A stretch of DNA of 64,000 nucleotides from the NCBI RefSeq assembly GCF_001194135.2, contig NC_068993.1:42403161-42467160 (forward strand), read 5' to 3'. The position numbers and the translations under genes were made by a program. The number at the start of each line of letters is the position of its first letter. Within the stretch, counting starts at the first letter, position 1. Below are positions 52,660 to 64,000 of the stretch, one piece after another. The notes under the pieces are model-generated. The model had not been told where the DNA came from and did no database searches. It was given only the letters and a program-made list of their open reading frames with translations. The stretch comes from Octopus bimaculoides. Lineage: Eukaryota.

Positions 52660-53495
52660 CTTTTATTCTTTTATTTGCTTCAGTTTTTTTGACTGCGAAC
52701 ATGCTGGAGCACCACCAGGAGGGGGTTTAGTTGAACAAATCGACTACAGACAGGGCTTATTTTTTGTAAGCTTAGTACTTATTGTATGGCTCTCTTTTGC
52801 CAAACCGCTAAGTTACGGGGGTGTTATAACACCAACATCGGTTGTCAAGCGATGCTGGAGTGGCCAACACAGACCACACATACATAAATATTAATATATA
52901 CATACACACACACACACACATATATATGTATATATATNNNNNNNNNNNNNNNNNNNNNNNNNNNNNNNNNNNNNNNNNNNNNNNNNNNNNNNNNNNNNNN
53001 NNNNNNNNNNNNNNNNNNNNNNNNNNNNNNNNNNNNNNNNNNNNNNNNNNNNNNNNNNNNNNNNNNNNNNNNNNNNNNNNNNNNNNNNNNNNNNNNNNNN
53101 NNNNNNNNNNNNNNNNNNNNNNNNNNNNNNNNNNNNNNNNNNNNNNNNNNNNNNNNNNNNNNNNNNNNNNNNNNNNNNNNNNNNNNNNNNNNNNNNNNNN
53201 NNNNNNNNNNNNNNNNNNNNNNNNNNNNNNNNNNNNNNNNNNNNNNNNNNNNNNNNNNNNNNNNNNNNNNNNNNNNNNNNNNNNNNNNNNNNNNNNNNNN
53301 NNNNNNNNNNNNNNNNNNNNNNNNNNNNNNNNNNNNNNATATATAAACAAACATATATACGACTTGCTTCTTTCAGTTTCCGACTACCCACACACTCACA
53401 AGGCTTTAATCATGCCTAGGCTATAATAGAACACACTTGCCCAAGGTGGGACTGAACACGGAACCATGTGGTTGGGAAACAAGCTTCTTAACACA
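52660..53495 (-). mobile_element. SINE family B spanning an N-gap at its internal microsatellite
   Basis: Tail half at 52660-52890 and head half at 53345-53495 (ggaaccatgtggttgggaaacaagcttctta) are collinear. Confidence 0.8.
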
Positions 53496-54660
53496 ATTCA
53501 CATAAAGAACTTGAATAAAAGATTTCTACACAATGTAAAAACTGGAAGGACTTCCATCTGTTTTCACTAACGTAGCATTATTCCTCCAGCATCGAACTTG
53601 TTCTAATATTCCTCTCCTGCTTTTTGTTACGCCTTTCTTAATATTTCTCTTGCGACTTCAATGTTCCGCTTCTTGTAAGTATTGTCAAGCAATATATATT
53701 CCGAACAAGATATTTATCTCATCAGTATATGTGCTCCAGCTAGCTATAACCTGACGATGTAATAAAGTTATCAACTGGTGATACTATGCCTATGTATATC
53801 ACATGATCTTTCTAACTAATTCCTGATATTCTAGGTAAGACATTATATTCTAAACTAGGAATGTTTTGTCAGGTAGTGTTACTATGCCAAGATCGATTTT
53901 CAAAGTATGTAGATATTACGTAGATGGGTACACACACACCCATATATACATGCATATATANNNNNNNNNNNNNNNNNNNNNNNNNNNNNNNNNNNNNNNN
54001 NNNNNNNNNNNNNNNNNNNNNNNNNNNNNNNNNNNNNNNNNNNNNNNTATATACACATATACATAATTAAGGGATCAGCAAACAGTTGCTTCACCACATA
54101 CCGAAGTTCAGAAATAGCAGCTAAAGAGCTGAGACTCCAACAGATAGCATTACTTGTAACTCACAAAGGCAAAACAAGAAGAAAAAACAATGAAAATTAA
54201 CCAGTCGAAGTTAATCATAGACGCGTTTCAGGCTTAGGAGCGATAACACTCCATTTCCTCTTCGGTATGATATTCTAGTTGTAAATTCGACGGTGCTAGC
54301 AAATTGTGCATGCATGACAGAGTGAACATCATGCATCGGCACAACCTGAAAACACCTCCGAACCAACATAGGCCAGCCAGTCCACTATTCCTCCTCAAGA
54401 AATTATATATATATAGATAGATGTCTCGACCATACGTGCACTGATGAACAAAAGATGCAGCTTACTTCACAGTTTTGCTGTATTAGTTGAGAAACCAGTG
54501 GTTTGCCGTTAAGTTAAATGCTTTTAGGAGATTAATTTTTGAAAGTTGCATTTCCCTCGCTTTCGGTAAATATGTTGCTTATTTTTTGGTAGTTTTTGAC
54601 TTATTTAGTCCCTCTAAGCGTGAGGCATTACTATATAGTTAATGCCCTTATATAAATTAT

Positions 54661-54723
<63 letters not shown>

Positions 54724-56144
54724 TGTGTGTTGGTAGGTAGGTAGGTAGGTAGGTAGGTAGGTAGGTAGGTAGGTAGGTTGACAGGCAGGAAGGCAGGAAG
54801 GCAGGCAGGTAGATAGGTAAGTAGGTAGGTAGGTAGGTAGGTAGGTAGGTAGGTAGGTAGGTAGGTAGGTAGAGATAGTTAAGATAGACAGATTGACAAG
54901 CAGATCGGTAGATCTATCTGTCGATGGCTTCATAGATAGATAGACAGACGGATAGATCAATCAACTTATAAATGAAATTACAAAACACAACTCTATGACA
55001 GAAACAGAGAACGCAATAACATTGTTGGAGCAACAATATATTTTAGGTCTGGGAACAACGTCAATAACAGAATTATCCCGACCAAGAATCCATTTTTATT
55101 GTTTCTTTCCATTTTTATTAGCTAATATTTCAAGACAGTGATTTTAGTGCGGCATAGTTTAGTGATGTGTATAGAGATAGGCAGCTCTACGCTACGTCTA
55201 AAGATGAATGTGTTGTATCCTGACGACAAAAATAAAATATTATTGATAAGTTTAATTTGTCAGTAAGCTATACGCACTTTGTTGTGTAGATAGGAGTGTG
55301 GTAGTCATTGCAGGGCGCATAAGAATTTCTTCGTGAATATTCAATGGTTCGTAAATTTACTAATTTATTTAGATATTGGTAGGGGTTAAAGAGGGACGAT
55401 TTGTGAAGGGACGCGAAGATAATAGCAATATCCATTAGTAAGACTTTATATATTTTGAATAAATAAATATATGAAAAGGGGCAGTCGAGTGTAGGGAGTG
55501 GTAATAATAAGAATTATGTGTTTCTTTGTATGCATTTATTTGTAGATCCATAGGCATATATAAACAAGTGCACACATATTCGTAAAACATGCAATAATTT
55601 ATATATTCATATGAATAAAACACAAACATAAGATGAAGATACGAAAATCAAAAGAATATAAGTATATAAATATATGTTGATATTAATACATGTGTGCGCG
55701 TGTATGTTTGTATGTTTTTTTATACACAAGAATCTTTTCAGGGTTCTTTTTTTCTGAGACACGATATTAACGCTAGAGCTTATTATTTTTCTAGGTACAT
55801 TATGAATTTTATATACACAGTTGTTTTGATTTTACAAAATTTTGAAATGCGTATATTAATTTAATTTGATCCGCTTCAGCATCCGCTCAAATAAGCTAAA
55901 TTTTTCTTTCTTGGTTTCTATATCAGAACCACGGCTTTGAATGATCTCAAAATACAAGAGAGCGTCTGAGATTAAGGAGGCCAAATGAGGCCGAAACACC
56001 GGCCTCTGATGATGCATTAACGCCATCTCATGGTTTAAACACACATACCCAAGCTTACTTTTTCTGTGACAAAATATTAGCGCTGTTTTACACTTACGTA
56101 TACATTAAGAATGTTAGACATATCGATTAGTATGTGTGAGCATG

Positions 56145-56213
<69 letters not shown>

Positions 56214-56238
56214 NNNNNNNNNNNNNNNNNNNNNNNNN

Positions 56239-56292
<54 letters not shown>

Positions 56293-56357
56293 ATACATAC
56301 ATACATACATACATGTATATATACATACAAGTATGTATATGTATGAATATATATGTA

Positions 56358-56399
<42 letters not shown>

Positions 56400-58169
56400 C
56401 GCATACATATATACATAACCGTATATAGCTTTAATAGAGTTAATCAGAAAATATTTTCAAATGAAATCATTTTTGATTCAGTTACACAATATTATTTATG
56501 GGAAGCTCAATAATATTCAGTGATTTTTCCTAATCTTACAGCTAGCTCCGGGGTGGAGTTGTTGAAAATCTCGAAATAGAAAATATTGGTTTGTGATGTT
56601 GTGTTTTATTTGAACACAAGGAGTGATATATTAAAAAGTGAATTCTTACCTTAAATGAATAAATGCCTGAGGAAGAAATATGTCTCTGAGTGCATAAAGA
56701 AAATTTAAATAAAAAATATAAGTTTAAAATAGTATACTAGTTGGATGGCTATGTACTATTTTGGATAAACTGTTTTAAAAAACGAATAACATCTGTCAAG
56801 CATGATGTGCAACTAGGCGGTGAAAATAACTGGTTGTTTTTTATTTAACGAGAAAATATTTTATAGGAAATATTTCCCAATATATCGGGATATATTTAGA
56901 GATATCGCACTTTACAAATATTAATCGGTGCTGTAAAGCCAATCCCTTATATCTCTAGCCTAAAGTTACGAAAAGAAATTAGATTTATACACTCTATTGA
57001 GAAGTAATCTAGATATTGATTTTTCCTGAACATGTACGTTTTATGGAGCTGTAAAGTTCCTCCCAACTAAAACCCTTCAAAATTATGTGATAAATTCAAC
57101 CGTTTCCTAGTTTCAGTATTTGTTATCGTTGAGAATTATATGTCCACTGCTTCAATAGAGTGGAGTGAAGAACGCGTCAATAGCACAGGAATCTAATAAA
57201 CGTATGACTAATCATACGTAGAGATGTAGCTGATGTCATCACATTCAAGAAGATTTCTCTTTTTTAAATTGCCATATTCTTACTTTCCCTAAATGTTTGT
57301 CAATATCCTTCGAAATATTGAATAAGTTTTATATGCAGTTTTAACGTTTATTTCTTTAATTTTGACAAACCTGAACTGCATACTTGCTTATGAGTATCTT
57401 AATTCGATATTACTCATAGGAACTTATTTTTAGGCTTATTGTTAGAGTTGCATTCATTACAAACACTTGCATATATTTTTGTTGTTGTTGTTGTGTGTAT
57501 GTGTGATCTTTTTTTGTTTTGTTCAATAAACGAGGTTTGTACAATAAACGAAGCTTCTCTCTTAGTTCAAATGTTTCTTATCTCGTAGCGTAACTTTCTG
57601 TTTTTAGTATCAGCCAACAAATTTTTAGCCATAATTTTCCCCAAAAAAAAAGATTTGTAAAATAAAATTTACGATAAAAGAGCAATTTATTTGATAAAAA
57701 AATATGCATTTCCATTTAATGATGAAAACAATGTTCCATTCGTTTCACTGTGTTGACTGTTTATCTTAATTGGATATCTGTCTAATTCAGCATATAATGT
57801 TGCCATATAAACATATCGATATTTCCAGTATACAGTGGGACTATCATTCATATTAACAATCATGATTATCAGCAGTTACTAAAGTCTCACTTATTTTATG
57901 TCGACTGTCATCATTTTTTTTTTTAAATACAAGTACAGCCATGCATATAAGCAATTAAATTTAGATGGAGGATAGTAGAATCAATACAAAGTTGGTTGCT
58001 AAACTCTGAAAGTTAAGTAAGATTTATCAAATTCAAAAAGGCAGCTATAATTATATTGCTATGAAAATATTGATCTTGTAGGACGCTGGTGCCTAACCGT
58101 TACATATTTAAGGTGTTAATTTATTTTACTCTTTGAATCTATCTAACGATATATAACACCAACAAGTCT

Positions 58170-58745
58170 ATGAACTTATATATTCCTACCCTTGTTCTAC
58201 AACAATTTAAGTGCTAAAAACACTTATATATACTTAGCACTGTTCTAGAATAATGTAATTGCTATGAAAAACGTATATTTCAAGCTTTGTTCTACAACGG
58301 TGTGTTATAAGCACATACTTTATATATTCCAAGCTTTGTCCTATAATACTTTAAGTGTTATAAAAATATATGTATACTCACCTTGTTCTATAATAATTCA
58401 TGTAATAAACACAATATATACTTCCAATCCTGTTCTATAATAATTTGACTTATATATATTCGTAGCTTTGTTCCCAATCAGTGTGTTATGAGCATATATA
58501 TATTCAAAGTTCTGCTCTCTATCACTTTAAGTGCTACAAAATATATATATTCTAAGTATGTTCTATAATGATTTATATGTTATAAAAAAAAAGCAATATA
58601 TATTTCTAGCACTGTTCTACAATAATTTAAGTCTTATAAAGACATATATTCCAAGCCTTTTTCCCAAACAAAACAAATATATATTACTAACACTATATAA
58701 TATATATAAGCGCATATATATTACAAGCACATATATATTCCTAAA
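58170..58745. repeat. Degenerate ~46-bp AT-rich minisatellite x~12
   Basis: Unit approximately atatattccaagctttgttctataataatttaagtgttataaaaac. Confidence 0.85.
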
Positions 58746-58899
58746 CTATGATCTTTCAATTATCAACATCATCATCGTCGTCGTCGTTGTCATAAACATC
58801 ATCATCGTCATCATTGTCACCATCGACGTCGTCGTCGTCATCATTATCATCATCAACATCCTCATCACCATCACCATCATCATCATTATTATTGTTAGA

Positions 58900-59135
58900 C
58901 AAGACCGGTGGATTGGCACAAATGTTTGAGCGTCCAAATAACACTTTCTCGAACTTGTTCCGATTATTAGAACTGTGATTTCAAAGATCTCAAATCACCC
59001 AGAGTCAACTTTGCATTTTATCCCCACCAACAAAGCTCGACAAAATGAAGTAAGAATCAAGTTCTGCTGCCGTTGGTATCAACATGCCCCTGAACGCACC
59101 CTCGCTGATTTTCATAACTTGTGCCAATGTTAGAA
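58900..59135 (+). mobile_element. SINE family A, degenerate, following (CAT)n(ATT)n
   Basis: ggattggcacaaatgttt...gagtcaactttgcattttatcc...cttgtgccaatgttagaaac. Confidence 0.55.
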
Positions 59136-59137
59136 AC

Positions 59138-59139
<2 letters not shown>

Positions 59140-59200
<61 letters not shown>

Positions 59201-59255
59201 CAGCAGCAGCAGCAGAAACAGCAGATTTTTGCTCACTGTTCCCAGGGCTCCGACA

Positions 59256-59324
<69 letters not shown>

Positions 59325-59408
59325 GTTGTTGTTGTTGTTGTTGTTTTTGTTGTTGTTGTTATTATTATTATTATTATTACTATTATTATTATTATTATTA
59401 TTATTATT
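59140..59408. repeat. (TAG)n(CAG)n and (ATT/GTT)n microsatellites
   Basis: Direct inspection. Confidence 0.95.
59222..59257 (-). mobile_element. ~36-bp R4/Dong micro-fragment between microsatellites
   Basis: Minus strand IIVGALGTVSKNL, the C-terminal motif equivalent to IVIGAFGSIS at ~17240. Confidence 0.6.
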
Positions 59409-59545
59409 AGTTTCAAATTCCACTCTCGACTTTGACTTTCATCCTTTCGGGGGTCGAATAAGCACTAGTTGAGTATTGGGCTCGGGGTCATCTACTAGCC
59501 TCTGCCCCAAAATTTCAGTTCTTATATCTTTAGTAGGAATGATTC
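59409..59545 (+). mobile_element. SINE family A, 5'-truncated
   Basis: ttcaaattccactctcgactttgactttcatcctttcgggggtcgaataagcactagttgagtattggg. Confidence 0.75.
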
Positions 59546-59616
59546 ATATCAGAAATAGTGGTAGTCGTTGTCATGGTTATGGTGATTGTAATAGTAGAGG
59601 TGGTGGTGTCAGTAGT

Positions 59617-59686
<70 letters not shown>

Positions 59687-61408
59687 ACAGCAGCGGCGGC
59701 GTTACTGGAAGCCGATTCTTTGGTCGTTTGTTTCCATATTGTCCCACTGTGTATAAAAGAAGTATTTTAGGGTAAAAAAAATATGAAGACGTAAGCGTCA
59801 GCCGACTAACCCCAACAGTGCCAGAGAAAACAGATAAATATAGAATGCAAAATCCATAGCTGTAAAAATCGATATACTACTGTAGACTAATCTTTTCTAG
59901 TATATTAAAAGAAATACTTGCCGTTGTAACTCTGTCTCATTTTCTTATTTTTATCACGTATATTGCAAGGATCAATCCCTTAAGATTATTTACTGAAAAT
60001 CAAATTATGTGAAAGAGTGAAACATCTTGTAAAACGTTCCTTGCTTATAGTGTAATATCAAGAGGTCAATACAGTTGTGGATTAGACGCGGAAAATAAAA
60101 AAATAAACGAAGAATCTTAAATCAAATCCCGTATTGGATATAATATATATATATATATAAACTTGAATCATTGGAATTTATTTTTTATTTATTTATAAAT
60201 TGATCGCTTGAAATGAATCATTTAGTCACTGTCAGTTATACATTAACTTTATTGTCTATTGCACAAAACCTCTTGTATTCTGGCTAAAATCCAAATCTAC
60301 GATAATCGAAATAAATAACAGTAGGCAAATAAACTTTAGAAAATGATTTGGTAGAGTTAGGACTTTAATATATTGATATCAAGTTTATGGTTGACTTTTA
60401 TCTGAATCGTCCATTATTTTATAATCGCAACTTAGATTTTTTCCTCTTTCTTTTACTTTTGAAGTTGTGTATTGGCATTGAAGTTGTCCTTACTACTTTG
60501 TCTGTGGTTTGCAGCTAATTGTCGGAATACACGATGGAAAAAGTTTAAAATAGAACATGGATGCCACGAGCTGCATCAGAGAATTTTCGTCCATTGATTT
60601 TGTTATATTCACCGTCGAAAAGACTGGAATGCAGAAATAGTCATACGGTTAGCCACGGGCGACACTCGACTTCCTAAGCAATCACGTTATTACAAAATTA
60701 ACATATCTAAATTTTCCACTCGCTGCATTGTTAACTCATCGTCGTCACATCACGAATGGAGACGTCTGTTCAATTGATATGTTTTGCAAGTGGAATTGAA
60801 TATATAACTATTCATTCAAAATAACGTTGAAAGAAAACTATAAAAATCAAATATCTACTTTCGAGGTCATTAAGAATGATAAGATATTCTTTTAATAAAG
60901 CTTCTCCTTTTGTGCGATGAATTATTGCTTCAGGCAAAACAAGATGAAGAGTTGAAACTTTGTACCGACATGAATCAACAAGAGATTATAAAAGCAATGC
61001 AAGGGAATAGGAATAGGTCCATGAAATATCGACAGTAATCCGTTTAAATCATTCCAATTAAATATGATACATTATTGTTAGCAGATTCTTTATGCTTTCA
61101 AAATTATTTCTGAAACAATTTTTTGCGTTGTTGATCGAAACTGAAGCACCCCAAATTACAACATTTTTGTTTACTGAAAATTAAATACGAATACATTCCA
61201 ACACGCATACTCACACACATACACACACGCGTGCACATATATCACACACATAAAAACTTTTCAAGAACAGTAGTAGTTTACTGAGACGGATGTTTGCGGA
61301 TTATTTTTCTTTATCGTAGAACGATAAGTAGAAAAAGAGGTTCATTTTATATTCCATGGAAGGCGACCAGGGTTGCCGAGCGTGCGAAAAAGAATACGAG
61401 ACTTATGA

Positions 61409-61568
61409 AATGAAGTAGGAAAAGTCCGGGCTACATGTGATTCACAGCGAGTGGAACTTCAGTAGCAGTAAAATCCAAGCGATCGGTATATACTTCGCTT
61501 GGATTTTAACACTTCTGTGGTTCCACTCGCTATGAAACATATGTAGCCCGGACTTTCCCTACTCCATT
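61409..61568. repeat. 160-bp foldback palindrome (MITE-like)
   Basis: 74-bp arms (61409-61482 and 61495-61568) match 63/74; the centre contains the self-palindrome gtatatac. Confidence 0.9.
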
Positions 61569-61604
61569 CCGCAACTTTTCTTTGTATATATGTATGTATG
61601 TATG

Positions 61605-61655
<51 letters not shown>

Positions 61656-64000
61656 NNNNNNNNNNNNNNNNNNNNNNNNNNNNNNNNNNNNNNNNNNNNN
61701 NNNNNNNNNNNNNNNNNNNNNNNNNNNNNNNNNNNNNNNNNNNNNNNNNNNNNNNNNNNNNNNNNNNNNNNNNNNNNNNNNNNNNNNNNNNNNNNNNNNN
61801 NNNNNNNNNNNNNNNNNNNNNNNNNNNNNNNNNNNNNNNNNNNNNNNNNNNNNNNNNNNNNNNNNNNNNNNNNNNNNNNNNNNNNNNNNNNNNNNNNNNN
61901 NNNNNNNNNNNNNNNNNNNNNNNNNNNNNNNNNNNNNNNNNNNNNNNNNNNNNNNNNNNNNNNNNNNNNNNNNNNNNNNNNNNNNNNNNNNNNNNNNNNN
62001 NNNNNNNNNNNNNNNNNNNNNNNNNNNNNNNNNNNNNNNNNNNNNNNNNNNNNNNNNNNNNNNNNNNNNNNNNNNNNNNNNNNNNNNNNNNNNNNNNNNN
62101 NNNNNNNNNNNNNNNNNNNNNNNNNNNNNNNNNNNNNNNNNNNNNNNNNNNNNNNNNNNNNNNNNNNNNNNNNNNNNNNNNNNNNNNNNNNNNNNNNNNN
62201 NNNNNNNNNNNNNNNNNNNNNNNNNNNNNNNNNNNNNNNNNNNNNNNNNNNNNNNNNNNNNNNNNNNNNNNNNNNNNNNNNNNNNNGATTTATTTGGGGA
62301 CAAATGCATTCATTCTCAAATAATGTAAACATTCGAAATTTTGTAAACATTCGAAGTTTTTTGTATTATGAAAGAGTATCCCAAAACTTCACAGATTTAT
62401 AAAAGATATATAGAATAATATCAGGATTACGTGTGTAAAGAAAGTGACTACCCTGTTTCATTTGCTTTGCTTTAAAAAAAAAAAATATTTTGAGACGTCT
62501 GCAGAGCGGTTCTTGATATGAGGCTACCAGATTGTACACCTTGTAAACAGTGTATTGAACTGAAATTCCATTTCAAACATTCTGCTGCTAAATTTCTAAA
62601 ATCTTCCTGCGCTCAGTTGTACAAGTTCACTGTGATTATATCCAGAGACTGCTTATATAACATTGATAAACCGGATGGAGAAATCTTAAAATTTGCAGAA
62701 AGTATTTATGTATGAAAGGAGAGAGATTAATGATATGAAACGCCATGCACAAAGATAGATAGAGAGAGAGAAAAAAAGAAAAAGAGAGAGAGAGAGAGGG
62801 GGGTGGGTAAACAGTACTCTAAAATACTACGTATCTCTATGATTCCCCAAAATAACTTTTACGTTGAGAGGAGGAACAGAAGATCTCGATGATATTTCAA
62901 GTCTTTAATTTGCTTTTTATTGTCCACAGAGTTGACAGATGCATTATTTCTTAGCATTCATCTATAAATAAGTTGATGTTTTTGAAAATATAATATATTC
63001 CTCAGTTAAACTGAAAGGGAGAGAGAAGGGTGATGAGAATAGGAGTTATAATGAAAAAGTTAACTGTGAAATAAATTGTATATCAGTTCTGCGAAAATTA
63101 CATCATAAAGGGGAACATTTAGACGAAAGAATATAAAGTTTCCGAGAAACGGAATCAAGTGAGTCATCCTAAGTATAATTAGTTTCTTAATGCAAGACTT
63201 TGACTATCAAACTAAGAACCATATTTTCCACTATTTTTTCAGTAAACGATTTTCTAATCAAATTTTGAAGCAGCACACACCTGTCGCCATTTAAAAGGTA
63301 AAGTTTTGCGAGTTATATAACGGCTAGTATCTCTAGTATCTTTTAAAATCACGTTTGTCAAAATTAAACTAATATACCTCGATATTTACATCTACGCCAA
63401 AGAGCGTTAATGCAAAATACATCATCTTGCTAGTTAGGACTCGTTCAGAATCCGTTTCTGGATCTTAAAGATACGCTCACATTTTATCCCTAGTCAACAC
63501 ACTGAAAATATAATACGTGTCTCCATTGATTTCAAACGTTTCCAGGAGATTAGAGCAGACTTCCACCCTCTCTCCTGTGATTTGTATTGAGACACTGGAA
63601 TTTTTTTTTTATCTATTTATTTATTTTTCTTATTTATTCACTCATTTATTTTAACCACTGAAGACGATAATCAGCATATCTAGCCATCAGAAGCCAAACA
63701 TTCCTATTGAATATTTTTAATTAGTTTTAAGAGCATCATATTCTGAGAGCATCATATCCGTTGATTACCATTAAGATAAACTAAGAAAGCTGAGAAAACT
63801 CCTGTACTGTCCATTTTTTCAATCAGCTTAATATTCGCAATACCATTAGTTCAAAATATTTTAAAGCTGTGTTACTTAGCATAATTTTGTACGAATCCTG
63901 ATAACTGAAGAAAAGACACGTGAGATGGTTAAATATCATATATTTCAAGAGATTTTGTTGATTCAATTTAACAGGTCACCTCTACCATATTCAGACAGCA

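Noticed and set aside
58170-58745. Regularly spaced repeats as a CRISPR array
   Set aside because: Units are degenerate tandem copies without unique spacers; eukaryotic context and no cas genes.

Overview
AT-rich eukaryotic scaffold with very many microsatellites and about 15 N-gaps, most flanked by (TA)n. The recurring tRNA-derived SINE families and the repeat density suggest an octopus/cephalopod genome; this is an inference from recalled repeat families, not a database hit. I recognise no host protein-coding exon, intact rRNA/tRNA gene or CRISPR array, so the window looks intronic or intergenic. It is a graveyard of decayed mobile elements: three SINE families, R4/Dong-type, L1/Tx1-type and RTE-type LINE fragments, an internally deleted mariner, a DD34E Tc1, a DD36E (Incomer-like) Tc1 family in two copies, a Tc1/mariner MITE and a 5S rRNA pseudogene. 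There are also several minisatellites and long inverted repeats. The most interesting signal is a ~254-bp palindrome at 44533-44786. Its left arm (minus strand) carries a complete type I hammerhead ribozyme core, and its right arm carries a decayed head-to-head copy. A second hammerhead-like core lies ~0.5 kb downstream. This suggests Penelope pLTR- or retrozyme-like elements. All family assignments come from manual translation and motif recall and need RepeatMasker/HMMER/Infernal confirmation.
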